Source of the DNA: Macrostomum lignano | Taxonomy: Eukaryota | Assembly (NCBI GenBank): GCA_002269645.1 | Contig: NIVC01000402.1 | Span: 1-64,000, forward strand | Length of the DNA: 64,000 nucleotides | Reading direction: 5' to 3' | Shown: piece after piece, positions 1 through 12,024 of the stretch | Layout of the letters: every line of letters begins with the position of its first letter | How positions within the stretch are numbered: the stretch's first letter is position 1 | Notes under the pieces: generated by a model | What the model saw: only the letters and a program-made list of their open reading frames with translations | Told to the model about the DNA's origin: nothing | Database searches by the model: none | Translations under genes and position numbers: made by a program

Positions 1-423
1 AGAGAAAGTCGTTTGAGACAATTCTTCAACTGTCTCGCCATCCTAAGCCACTTTGTCTGCAACGAAAATTAACGCTTAAGGCTGCGGACCATTCCTCCCT
101 TGCCAGTGGTCTATAGAGTCTAGGCTGGTTGGAGCGAGTGAGAGAGAGGGATTGCATGCAGTGCCTTGTAGAGATGAGACGTGGGATTACTCTCTGCGCT
201 TGAAACTGAGAAGATTTCCTTAAATGCTCAGTAAAACTGGGATTCAGAATGGAGGGAGGACACGAATAAATGCATTTTGCTGAGCGGATTTCTTGCATGA
301 CCGGGAAATTGCGATCTTTCTGGGAGTCAGAAAATTCGCAGCGGAAAAAAAAACTATCGTGAAAATCAGGCACGACAGGCGCTATGCAGTAGAGTACTAA
401 GGCATATGCAGTTGGTTTGAAAA

Positions 424-1060
424 CAATCGGTAAGCCTTGTTACACCCAGGCAGACAGGAGGCCAGGCAATCGATAAGCCTCACCCACACTACACGCACAG
501 GCAGGCAGAGAGCTGGCTAGAAAACCGATAAGCCTCACCCACCCCATCAGCACAGGCAGGCAGAGAGCAGGCTAGTAAATCAATAAGCCTCACCCACCCT
601 ACACGCACAGGCAGGCAGAGAGCTGGCTAGAAAACCGATAAGCCTCACCCACCCCATCAGCACAGGCAGGCAGAGAGCAGGCTAGTAAATCGATAAGCCT
701 CACCCACCCTACACGCACAGGCAGGCAGAGAGCAGGCTAGAAAATCGATAAGCCTCACCCACCCTACACGCACAGGCAGGCAGAGAGCAGGCTAGAAAAC
801 GATAAGCCTCACCCACCCCATCAGAACAGGCAGGCAGAGAGCAGGCTAGAAAATCGATAAGCCTCACCCAACCCACACGCACAGGCAGGCAGAAGGCAGG
901 CTAGAAAATCGATAAGCCTCACCCACCCTACACGCACAGGCAGGCAGAGAGCAGGCTAGAAAATCGATAAGCCTCGCCCACCCATCAGAACAGGCAGGCA
1001 GAGAGCAGGCTAGAAAATCGATAAGCCTCACCCAACCCACACGCACAGACAGGTAGGCAG
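424..1060. repeat. Minisatellite, ~55-bp unit (gataagcctcacccaccctacacgcacaggcaggcagagagcaggctagaaaatc)
   Basis: Direct tandem copies visible; period 55 (e.g. gataag at 692 and 747). Confidence 0.95.
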
Positions 1061-2370
1061 TCAAACAGAAAGAAGGCCTTACAATTTATTTTAGAATTCG
1101 CACTTTTTGTTATGCTGGATGCACTCTGTTGTAGATTGGCCTCTGAGCCAGGCTTTCAAGTGAAATATTTTTGCACAGCCACACTCTAGCTAGCTGAAGT
1201 AGTAACTTTACTCAGTGGGGAGAGGCAGATTGACAGGCGGAGTGTTAAAGCTTTCAGTTCGATTCTGGGCTGGGGCAAAACACCGGAAAATTAACGGACG
1301 AAGGAAAGGGAAAAGTGAGGGCGAGTTGGGGGCGGAGGCGGCATAATTCCAAATCCTAGTGGCACTCGAGCCGGGCGCGGGTATTAAGAGATGCCAACTG
1401 CAGCGTGACAGTAGCTACAGGGTTCAGTAACTTCGCTCTAGTTCGGGAGGATCCCAAAGCCGCGGAGAGAGAGACGAGCGGGGGAGGAGAAGTTTGGGCG
1501 CCCCTTGCCTGAGCCAAGAAGACCCAGAGCTAGAACTCAGAGTGCCAGCGAACTCTGGCCAGATCCGTTTGATGTCGCGGAGAAAAAATCGACAATTAGT
1601 CAAGGAATGAAAAAAAAATATGGCAACACGAGTTGTCTGTTTTGTACTGTAAGATAAAGCCTTATGGGGAAAGGAAAATTACAGTACAGATTTAAGATGA
1701 TTTTTCATTCTAAAAGTGCCACGACAGCCAGCCCCAAGGCACAGAGAGTGTACATGCCTGACGATTAGACAGTCAGGGCAGTTGTACACCCTGTGTGAGC
1801 GTGTGTATGAGTGTGTGCCTGTATGTGCTCAGGATCGTCAGCTGCCTCAGCGCTGGAGTGTGGTACGATGTCGCCAGGGTGTTCGCAGCCCTCCTGCAAT
1901 CGTGCTGATTATGGATTAGAGAAGAGAGTTGCTACTCCAGACTGTGGCTCTGGACCGCCTTGGCTGAGGCTAGGTGGGGGAGGCCGGGGTGGCGGGGGTG
2001 ACTAAAGGAGTCGAGCAGCAACTCATGCCCACGGCAATAAGATGCCGCGAGGGAGGGACACAAGTGCGCCAGGGGCGGATTAGATGGCGGACAATTCAAT
2101 CACAGACGATTTGATCAACGCTGCTCAGCCAGAGAGAGATGGGGCAGAGGGCTGAGCATCCTCGCGATCTTCTTCTTTTTCAACTTTCCGAACCCCTCGT
2201 GGGCCGTTCAACAAGTGTCTGCAGCGCTTGGACATTATCCCAAACTGGCCCGAATCTGCACAATTTGCATGCTGCACGGCTGCATGATGACCAATGAAAA
2301 AACTGGATTGTTGTTCCGTTTCTAGAGGTCTGAGATAAAAGTCCAAGCGCTTCCACAATAGGTTCTTCAA

Positions 2371-3120
2371 AATGTCCATTCCCGATAGACTCTCAGAATG
2401 TCCATTCCCGATAGACTCTCAGAATGTCCATCCCCGATAGACTCTCAGAATGTCCATTCCCGATAGACTCTCAGAATTTCCATTCTCGATAGACTCTCAG
2501 AATTTCCATTCTCGATAGACTCTCAGAATTTCCATTCTCGATAGACTCTCAGAATGTCCATCCCCGATAGACTCTCAGAATGTCCATCCCGATAGACTCT
2601 CAGAATTTCCATTCTCGATAGATTCTCAGAATGTCCATCCCCGATAGACTCTCAGAATGTTCATCCCCGATAGACTCTCAGAATGTCCATTCTCGATAGA
2701 CTCTCAGAATGTCCATCCCCGATAGACTCTCAGAATTTCCATTCTCGATAGACTCTCAGAATGTCCATCCCCGATAGACTCTCAGAATGTCCATTCTCGA
2801 TAGACTCTCAGAATTTCCATTCTCGATAGACTCTCAGAATGTCCATCCCCGATAGACTCTCAGAATGTCCATCCCCGATAGACTCTCAGAATTTCCATCC
2901 CCGATAGACTCTCAGAATGTTCATCCCCGATAGACTCTCAGAATGTCCATTCTCGATAGACTCTCAGAATGTCCATCCCCGATAGACTCTCAGAATTTCC
3001 ATTCTCGATAGACTCTCAGAATGTCCATCCCCGATAGACTCTCAGAATTTCCATTCTCGATAGACTCCCAGAATGTCCATCCCCGATAGACTTTCAGAAT
3101 TTCCATTCTCGATAGACCAC
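2371..3120. repeat. Minisatellite, 26-bp unit (aatgtccatccccgatagactctcag)
   Basis: Near-identical tandem units visible. Confidence 0.95.
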
Positions 3121-3124
3121 CCTC

Positions 3125-3715
3125 AAAATGTCCATCCCCGGTAGATTATCAAACTGTCCAGCCCCGGTAGATTATCAAAATGTCCAGCCCCGGTAGATTA
3201 TCAAACTGTCCAGCCCCGGTAGATTATCAAACTGTCCAGCCCCGGTAGATTATCAAACTGTCCAGCCCCGGTAGATTATCAAACTGTCCAGCCCCGGTAG
3301 ATTATCAAACTGTCCAGCCCCGGTAGATTATCAAACTGTCCAGCCCCGGTAGATTATCAAAATGTCCATCCCCGGTAGATTATCAAAATGTCCATCCCCG
3401 GTAGATTATCAAAATGTCCATCCCCGGTAGATTATCAAACTGTCCAGCCCCGGTTGATTATCAAACTGTCCAGCCCCGGTAGATTATCAAAATGTCCATC
3501 CCCGGTAGATTATCAAAATGTCCATCCCCGGTAGATTATCAGAATGTCCAGCCCCGGTAGATTATCAAAATGTCCATCATCGGTAGATTATCAAAATGTC
3601 CATCCCCGGTAGATTATCAGAATGTCCAGCCCCGGTAGATTATCAAAATGTCCAGCCCCGGTAGATTATCAGAATGTCCAGCCCCGATAGATTATCAAAA
3701 TGTCCAGCCCCGGTA
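3125..3715. repeat. Minisatellite, 26-bp unit (aaactgtccagccccggtagattatc), related to the preceding array
   Basis: Tandem units visible; shares the tgtcca-cccc-g-tag core with the 2371-3120 unit. Confidence 0.95.
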
Positions 3716-4239
3716 GAGTCATCAACCTCCTACCGCATGGCTGTCTGAGGCAGCACCAGGGGATTGAGGGCATGGACGGGACAATTTACTCGAACAGACT
3801 GGACGCTCAACTCATCCCTCACCCCCTTTTCCAAGAGTAGCTGATTGGCAATTTGAACGGGCGAATTTCAATAATTGGCCTTTCTGATCCCCTCCGCCCA
3901 TCCCCTCTGTCCCCCTCTCTCCCTCTTCCTCAATTAGTGTAGGGGACAAAATCAGTCAAGTAAAAATCTTAATTAGCATCTGCATTGCACAGATATAACT
4001 GACAGTAGCTCAAGTGCATATGGGTCTTCGCCAAAAAGACCCATGGGAATTCGGATACAGGACCACACGCATGGGAGCAAAGCCGATGGGAATTGATACG
4101 GGGGGAAGGAGAGTAGGGTAGTAACCTGATTGGGATAGCGATCCTGTTGATTCCCTGTCTCCCCTGGGAAGAGACCCGCTCCTGATTTTCTCTAAAAGTC
4201 TAGCCAGCACAGATCTTAGCTGGGAAGATTCACAGTAAC

Positions 4240-4925
4240 TGCAGATTGGAGGTAGAATGACGGCAGATTGTAGGTAGAATAACAGCAGATTAGAGGTAGA
4301 ATGACGGTAGATTGGAGGTAGAATGACTGCAGATTGGAGGTAGAATGACGGTAGATTGGAGGTAGAATGACGGTAGATTGGAGGTAGAATGACGGCAGAT
4401 TGGAGGTAGAATAACTGCAGATTGAAGGTAGAATAACTGCAAATTGGAGGTAGAATGACGGTAGATTGGAGGTAGAATAACTGCAGATTGAAGGTAGAAT
4501 AACTGCAGATTGGAGGTAGAATAACTGCAGATTGGAGGTAGAATAACTGCAGATTGGAGGTAGAATAACTGCAGATTGGAGGTAGAATAACTGCAGATTG
4601 GAGGTAGAATAACTGCAGATTGAAGGTAGAATAACTGCATATTAAAGGTAGAACAAATGCATATTAAAGGTAGAATAACTGCAGATTGGAGGTAGAATGA
4701 CGGTAGATTGGAGGTAGAATGACGGCAGACTGGAGGTAGAATGACGGCAGAGTGGAAGTAGAATGACGGCAGACTGGAGGTAGAATGACGGCAGATTGGA
4801 GGTAGAATGACGGCAGACTGGAGGTAGAATGACGGCAGAGTGGAAGTAGAATGACGGCAGATTGGAGGTAGAATGATGGCAGATTGGAGGTAGAATAACT
4901 GCAGATTGGAGGTAGAATAACTGCA
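4240..4925. repeat. Minisatellite, 22-bp unit (cagattggaggtagaataactg / ...atgacgg)
   Basis: Tandem units visible; the ORFs here are repeat artefacts. Confidence 0.95.
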
Positions 4926-5636
4926 GGTTAAGGAAAGAATGATCATACATACATTTGAAGTAGATTTTTTATTCAGGTAAAAGGTAAACCAACGACAGAT
5001 TTAAATAAAATGATAGGGACTTGAAAAGATTTTATTCGTGAAACTCTTCAATCAATAAGTTGTTCAACGGTTTTCATAATACATTGCTTGTACTGTACTT
5101 GTAAAATAGTCACTCAAAATGACCCAACATATCGGATACTACCCTCGGGTAATTAGTTTGGCGTTATAATTTTGCCGGAGTCGCATTAATCAGTTTCGGA
5201 AATTCTTTGTTTTCTTGAATTAAATTAGCACTTCTTTTAGATGTTTCATCCCGCGCATGCAATCAAACTGGGCTCCTTTGCCAAACGGAATCATAGTTGG
5301 TTGTGCAAACTAAATTTCTGCAAATTAAATTAGCCAATCAGGCCAGGACAGGGCCCGCGCGATGGTTATTTCCGCCAAATTTATTGCTTCCAGAATCAGG
5401 GATTTCCGCACGGGGGGAGCCGGTCAAATTGAAGCTTTTCGGGCCAATCAAAATGCCAACCGAAAAAAAACTTTTGCCAAGATGAAATGCAAATTTGAGA
5501 GACTAACTTCGAACTAAAAATGTGTAGGCATTTTTTCGATCGCTCAATTAATTAGCACTGCTCTAGTGCGCACTGGTTGACCTCACCAAACTGTGTGAGC
5601 TTGTAAGACTGAGGAAGGTTTAGGATTATAGGGATC

Positions 5637-5859
5637 CGCGTGAGAAAGATAGAGAGAGAGGGTGATGAGGATGCGCGTGAGAAAGATAGAGAGAGAGGGT
5701 GATGAGGATGCGCGTGAGAAAGATAGAGAGAGAGGGTGATGAGGATGCGCGTGAGAAAGATAGAGAGAGAGGGTGATGAGGATGCGCGTGAGAAAGATAG
5801 AGAGAGAGGGTGATGAGGATGCGCGTGAGAAAGATAGAGAGAGAGAGAGGGGTAATGAG
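5637..5859. repeat. Minisatellite, 37-bp unit (cgcgtgagaaagatagagagagagggtgatgaggatg), left part of an array split by an insertion
   Basis: 5 full units plus 1 partial; the same unit resumes at 7197-7310. Confidence 0.9.
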
Positions 5860-7196
5860 TGTTGTGGCTTAAGCTTTTGGGCATTAACACTTCCTTTTTG
5901 TCTATGGCTCAGACTGTGTAAAGCCTTCGACAGTAAAGCCGAAGTGCATAGAAGGGCTGCGACCCTAAAGGAAAAACCCAAGAGCTCGATAGTAAGACAG
6001 ACTGGCATGATAGGCCAGAGCTGCACCAAATATATATTACTTCAGCACTCATTGTATCATTTTGGAGGGGTTTTTAGGGGTATAGCAATCAAGCCAGATT
6101 GTTGCACGCTTTGAATGTCTATGGCCGAACCCAACGTCTGAGCTAACTACTTAATGCTATATTTAGCAGTTGTAACATTATAAAAACTTAATATGAAAAA
6201 ACAATCAACGGATTTAGTATAAATCGGTCCAAGCTGTACGCCGGATCAAGGCATGTTCGAAATATGCACGTGGAATTGGCAGTTGTTGAATGTGCCCGAT
6301 ATAGCTGTAGCCAACGTTTGCATCTCCATTCCAGCCCTCGTGGCTGTAGATGATTGCTGTCGCACATCGGCCTGAGCACTGGTCTCCGGTAGCAAGGCAT
6401 CAGCCGGTACCTCTGAGCCGGGCGTCGGCACACGCACCTCGTCGTGCGGGCTCTCTATCCTTGCGCTCTTTTCCTCGCCGATGGAACTGATCCTTACAGA
6501 CAGCCCAGCCATCTCTCCGTCACGCTTTCTGCTGTTCCGAATGTACCTTTGTGCAGCTGTTTCAGTTTTGTGTCCCGTTACAGCGCTGATATCCCTCAGG
6601 GACACTCCAGCTGCACTCAACTCGGTTGCCAGGGTGACTCTTAGACAGTGGCCAGTATAAATCTTGCTCAAATTAGCCGCTTTGGAGATGCCACTCATCA
6701 TGTTCCCAAGAGTGTTGACGCCTACAACCTGCTTAGCAAAATACCACGACTCTGCAAAGCCGCGTACTCGGGGACGTATGAACACAACGGAGCTCGACAC
6801 TCCCTCTTTTCTCTTGGCCTCTTCGATCTTGCTCAGGTAAAGCTCAACACACTCGTAGGGGCATCCTATTTCAAAGGTTTCGACAATCACACTCTGCTTC
6901 CTATCTTCTGAGGTCCGCTCTTCTAAACTTCCTCGAACAGTCTTGGTTTCCATTGATGCCAGCCTGAATGCGCGTCGCCCATTGATGTTGCATCTCTCAA
7001 TAGAATCCGTAGTTAGCTTACGAAACCGTTCGCGTCCACGCAAGCCAAACTGCAAGGCTAATACATAGTAGACCTCCTGCTGCAAAATAGTCGGGCTACT
7101 TCGATGGAAGTAGCGGCGCAGCTTTTCTAGATCCTCTGTCTCCAAGGCCAAACGGTTGCTTTCCTCGCCTTCCTAACGCTGACCTGAGCTCCAACA
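5860..7196 (-). mobile_element. 1337-bp insertion encoding a Crypton-like tyrosine recombinase; TGTTG...CAACA ends, ATGAG/ATGAA flanking duplication
   Basis: Left end TGTTGTGGCT (5860), right end AGCTCCAACA (7196), 8/10 inverted match. Flanks are ATGAG (5855-5859) and ATGAA (7197-7201). The interrupted minisatellite unit (ggtgATGAGgatgcgcg) is restored if the insert is removed. Confidence 0.7.
6246..7172 (-). CDS. Tyrosine recombinase catalytic domain, Crypton/DUF3504-like (N-terminus missing or on an unseen exon)
   Basis: Motifs EDLEKLRRYF..P..LQ, FGLRGRE (catalytic R), ETKT (K), GHCLR (HxxR), TGHK (H), QRY (Y). The frame is open from just after TAG/AG at 7175-7173 to the stop at 6246; no in-frame ATG before the domain. 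Confidence 0.85.
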   Translation of the reverse strand, partial: EGEESNRLALETEDLEKLRRYFHRSSPTILQQEVYYVLALQFGLRGRERFRKLTTDSIERCNINGRRAFRLASMETKTVRGSLEERTSEDRKQSVIVETFEIGCPYECVELYLSKIEEAKRKEGVSSSVVFIRPRVRGFAESWYFAKQVVGVNTLGNMMSGISKAANLSKIYTGHCLRVTLATELSAAGVSLRDISAVTGHKTETAAQRYIRNSRKRDGEMAGLSVRISSIGEEKSARIESPHDEVRVPTPGSEVPADALLPETSAQADVRQQSSTATRAGMEMQTLATAISGTFNNCQFHVHISNMP

Positions 7197-7301
7197 ATGA
7201 AGATGCGCGTGAGAAAGATAGAGAGAGAGGGGGTGATGAGGATGCGCGTGAGAAAGATAAGGAGGGAGTGAGAGGGTGATGAGGATGCGCGTGAGAAAGA
7301 T

Positions 7302-7352
<51 letters not shown>
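7197..7352. repeat. Right part of the 37-bp minisatellite followed by a (GA)n microsatellite
   Basis: Three gatgcgcgtgagaaagata units, then a GA run. Confidence 0.9.
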
Positions 7353-7356
<4 letters not shown>

Positions 7357-8298
7357 TAGGGATTCCTAAAAAATTAGGATCGAGATGCAAGAAAATGATT
7401 GCGAGTTAACAGTAGTTTGTTGCAATAAAAAATTAGAATAGTTAAGGATATGCTAAGATTTCGACATCATAAGATAGTTAAAGGGGGAACATGTCTGTGA
7501 CCCGTTGTGGAAATCAATAGTTTTGCTAAAGGGGGTCAAAATATAGCGCCTTAGGCACCAAAATGAGTGCCTGCGGCTCTAAAATGAGTGCCTGCGGCGC
7601 CAAAATGAGTGCCTGCCTGCAGCGCCAAAATGAGTGCTAGATACACCGATTATCAAAATAATGTACATGTAGAATTCTTGGCTTTGTACCACAATCATAA
7701 AATCCACGGCGATGCCTCTGAATCGCGGCGTGAGGTGGGTGTCGCTCGAGGGGTAGAAATTGAGAGATACGATGAAAACCTGCCCGCAGCGCAGCCAATC
7801 AGCGTGGAGTGCGACTATTTCATTATTTTCGAAGAAATAAATTGAGTCTCAACGATTTCTTGCGCCAGGGTTGATTGCCAGCAATCGAAAGAGGGTTTCA
7901 TTATTTTTTAATTTCTAGAAACACTGGATGGCGCACATGTACAGCTGGAAATAGACACAGGACACAGGATTGATTGTAGTTTCAGAATAATACTAGCCAA
8001 CTGAAAAAAATTATCTACATTCAATACCGCTAGATGTAACTACGCTCCTTATTCCAGTGATCGAACAGGATCCATCACCTAAGGAGGGGATCCATGACCC
8101 AAGGAGGGGATTCATGACCCGAGGAGGGGATTCACAACCCGAGGAGGGGGTTAATGACACCCAAAGAAGGGATTCATGACACTAGGAAAACACTCTATTG
8201 TTAAACCTTCAGTCGCAAACAGTTCTTCTTGCATCAAGAGCCCTGTATCCTGTCAAGGCAAACAAAACTGCAAAAGCAACAAAACTACTTCAAGCAAG

Positions 8299-9211
8299 TC
8301 AGCCCTGGTTTAGCTGGTCCCGCCGGGCACCCGCCAGCGCCCCCATGCCGTGCAGGCCGCGCCTCGCCAGCGTCCCGATTGTGTCGTACTGGCGGCGTCG
8401 CCTGCGCAAAATCAGCGTCTTGAATGCGCGCCGATAGTCGGCAGAGAACAGCGCGTAGATGAGCGGGTTCAGCGCGCTGTTCACGTAGCCGAGCCAGAAG
8501 CAGATGTCGAAGGCCAGGGCGGAGATGCAGTCCGGGCACACGGCGCCATACAGGTAGACAGAGAAAAAGGGGGCCCAGCAGCCGACAAAGGTGATGCAGA
8601 TGATGGCCAGCATGCGGGCGGCCTTCAGCTCCCGGCCGTACCTGCCGCCAGAGGTGAACTGCGCCGCTCTCCTAGTAGCAGCAGTCGCTGCCAGCGTTGT
8701 CCAAGAGGCCTGGCGCGGTACGGCGCCGCTTCCTGTTGGAGCCGAAAGTAGCGTCTCTCCTCTTCCGCAGCCACTTCCGCTGCCGCCGCCTCCGCTAGCG
8801 GTCCCTCCGCCGCCGCCGCCACCTCCTCGGTGAATCCTGAGCTGGCCGTTCTCGGCGGCGCCACGACGGCCGGCCTTCAAAGTGCGATGCACCGCGGCGA
8901 AGATGTGCGCGTAGAAATAGGTCATGATGAGGAAGGGCAGGAAGAATGAGCCGAGCGCTGAATAGACAATGTAGCCGGGGGTGCTGTGCGCTATGGTGCA
9001 GGTGGGTCCGAGCTGCAGGCAATCACCCACGGATTCGTTGGCTGTCCGCTTGTCCTGCTCTAGCCAGGTGGAACGGCGGAGACTGTCGTTCTCATCGGCG
9101 TCTGTCTGGAGCAGCAGTTTGAGCAGAGTCGGCAGGCTGATGGCGCAGGCCAGGGCCCAGACTCCGGCCACTAGTAGCCGGGCTCGCTTGCGGTCCATGA
9201 GGTTGGGATAC
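8299..9211 (-). CDS. Aminergic GPCR (alpha-type octopamine receptor-like), exon 2 (TM4-TM7)
   Basis: Acceptor ttccag|G at 9213-9212 gives HPLK-YPNLMDRKRA. TM5 GYIVYSALGSFFLP, TM6 CWAPFF, TM7 FWLGYVNSALNPLIY; stop at 8299. Confidence 0.9.
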
Positions 9212-9234
9212 CTGGAAATGGGAGTGGTTTGCGA

Positions 9235-9850
9235 AAGGGGCGGATTTTGTGAAGGGGCGGATTCTGTAAAGGGTTGGATTCTGTGAAGGGTCGGATTCTG
9301 TGAAGGGTCGGATTCTGTGAAGGGGCGGATTCTGTGAAGGGTCGGATTCTGTGAAGGGGCGGATTCTGTGAAGAGGCGGATTCTGTGAAGGGGCGGATTC
9401 TGTGAAGGGGTGGATTCTGTGAAGGGGCGGATTCTGTGAAGGGGCGGATTCTGTGAAGGGGTGGATTCTGTGAAGGGGCGGATTCTGTGAAGGGGCGGAT
9501 TCTGTGAAGAGTCGGATTCTGTGAAGGGGCGGATTCTGTGAAGAGGCGGATTCTGTGAAGGGGCGGATTCTGTGAAGGGGCGGATTCTGTGAAGGGGCGG
9601 ATTCTGTGAAGGGGCGGATTCTGTGCAGGGGCGGATTCTGTGAAGGGGCGGATTCTGTGCAGGGGCGGATTCTGTGAAGGGGCGGATTCTGTGAAGGGGC
9701 GGATTCTGTGCAGGGGCGGATTCTGTGAAGGGGTGGATTCTGTGAAGGGGCGGATTCTGTGAAGGGGCGGATTCTGTGAAGGGGCGGATTCGATGCAGGG
9801 GCGGATTCTGTGAAAAGGCGGATTCAGTGAAGGGGTGGATTCAGTGAATG
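9235..9850. repeat. Intronic minisatellite, 17-bp unit (ggattctgtgaaggggc)
   Basis: Tandem units fill most of the GPCR intron. Confidence 0.95.
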
Positions 9851-9946
9851 GCAGGTTATGCATGATGAAACAAGAGGACAGGGTCTTGTTGCTGGCCGAC
9901 ACTTAGAGAAGAATTGAATTTATTGAATCGATAAGTGGCGACTCAC

Positions 9947-10350
9947 TTCAGAGGATGCCGCAGGCTGATGTACCGATCCAAGCTGATGATCACCAAATTA
10001 AGAATCGAGGCTGTGCAAGTCCAGACATCCAGCGCTAGCCAGATCTGGCACCACCACGAGCTGAACACCCAGTGCTTCAGCAGCACCTGGTGAGTGATGG
10101 AGAATGGAAGCACGCCAAGGCCCAACAGCAGGTCGCTGACGGCGAGGCTCACTACGAAGGTGCTGGTGAGGGCGCCCTGCAGCTTAGTGGAAGTGCAGGC
10201 CGCTAGTACGACGAGGATGTTGCCCAGAATGACGGCGGCATTGATGAGCGCCAGGCCGGCTGTCAGCAGGGCGAATCCGGCAGACTGCAGGTAGGCCAGC
10301 GTCACGCAGTGGCCGCTGCTACTGTCGCTGAGGTTGCCGCTGATGCTCAT
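9947..10350 (-). CDS. Aminergic GPCR (alpha-type octopamine receptor-like), exon 1 (TM1-TM3)
   Basis: ATG at 10350 (MSISGNLS, N-glycosylation sequon). GN in TM1, SLAVSD in TM2, WLALDVWTCTASILNL with D3.32, DRY motif; donor AA|GTGAGT at 9946. Confidence 0.9.
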
Positions 10351-12024
10351 CTGGTGTCTGGCTTTGCGGGTGGTTATGTCTGCGGTCAGGGTGGGATAAT
10401 AATCTTCCAATCGATCTCTCGACAGGAAATGCTTAAACTATGCCACTCCAGATTAGATTTCCAATTTCAATGAAAATCCTCTATTACGAGCTAAAATATC
10501 GTTTGAAGGAAGTACTGAGGTTGTAACAGAAATAATTTAGATCATTTAGACCACACTAATTGGAACTCGTTTCTACGCTTATCTTTAAAACTTAACATTG
10601 ATTAACTAATTAGTTAAGAAGTAAAAACTCTTGCTTCAGCTACCCCAAGTCATCATCAGCTTATCTAGGAAAGTACTTAGTTGCTCAAATAGAATGCATC
10701 CGTTCAGGCATATCGTAGACAGCCTTCAAGCAAGTGTCGACCAAAGGGCATGCTTTTTGACGTAGCGAGCGTAGGGAGCCTCACAACGAATATTCTTCAA
10801 ACGCTCATTGGCTAACACCACCCAAGCTAGCGTAGAGAGCCTCAAAACTACTTTCCTCTCTATTGACGCTCATTGGCCAACGCGGCAACCCACCTCATAT
10901 TTATAGCTAGCGGACTCGTTAAATATGCTCACCCGGACTCATTGTTATACAGTTACTGATAGCAATACTCGTACATTAACATTGAAATGCAAACTAAATC
11001 GCGCATTTCCTACAGAATTTCGACTACTATAGCTTGTATAATTTAAACAATAAATGCGAATCAACGGTGCCAAAATTGGTACTGCTTTCGTTATGCTTTT
11101 TTAAATTTTCCTCTTCTTACTTATGAAATTAAAGCCAAACTGCTAGTGTCACGCAAGACTGACTCTACAGACTATTAGTACAACCATAAGCAAAGTAGAA
11201 TTAAGATTTAACCAGCTTTAAAGTTTGATTACCTTCCTTAGTCAAAACACGATCTATAGGCCTATTTTGTGTGACGGGAGACGTTTCTCAACCTCTATTC
11301 GAACTTGACCCCATTTATATTCGCTAGTATCCAGGGTGCTCAAAAAACAGCCTCGAGTTTGAATACTGTTTTCTAATGAATAATCTTTCCCTGTTACACG
11401 TTTTCTTATTTATTCGACAGGAATCTACTTGAACTCACTGGGAGAGCCCCATCTGGTCAGCGCACCACAAGGGGAACGATTGCGTGCCGACTTCTCGAAG
11501 TGGGAAGTCGGGTCTAGCAAGCTATAGAAATTTAGCGGATTTTTCTCCTCCCCAAACTCAAGCGTGCCAATGAACTAACTAGCTATTCAGTATCGAAGGC
11601 AGCTAGGAGCTCATGCATAGTCAGGGCTAGAACTCGAACTCTTTAATTAGGGTCGAATACTCAGGTTACAGATGAGGCACTTGAGAATACCTAATTCCCC
11701 GAATTAATTTTCATGCGATTTTTATTTTCTAGGCAATGAAATGTCTCTTGATAGAAATGGTGCTTACCAATATCAGTAGCTGACTCTGTTCACCTGTTGG
11801 TCAAAGGAAACACTGCTCTTGGGCATCGTAATCAGTTTGAATGGAGTGGGATGACTCTGCACGCACAGTGTGCTGCTTTTTTATATAGATCAACTGCATT
11901 GGGCTCTGCAGGCCAATGAGAGACTTCCCAGTCGGCTGTCCAGTGACGGGCCTTCCTCATGGGAGCGAATCTCACCTCCACCAAAAATCTGTTCAATACA
12001 AAAATGCATATCACTTGAATCATT

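Noticed and set aside
4010-4210. 66-aa minus-strand ORF
   Set aside because: Short, with no motif and no splice partner identified.
8198-9286. Plus-strand ORFs overlapping the GPCR
   Set aside because: Antisense shadows of a GC-rich coding exon.
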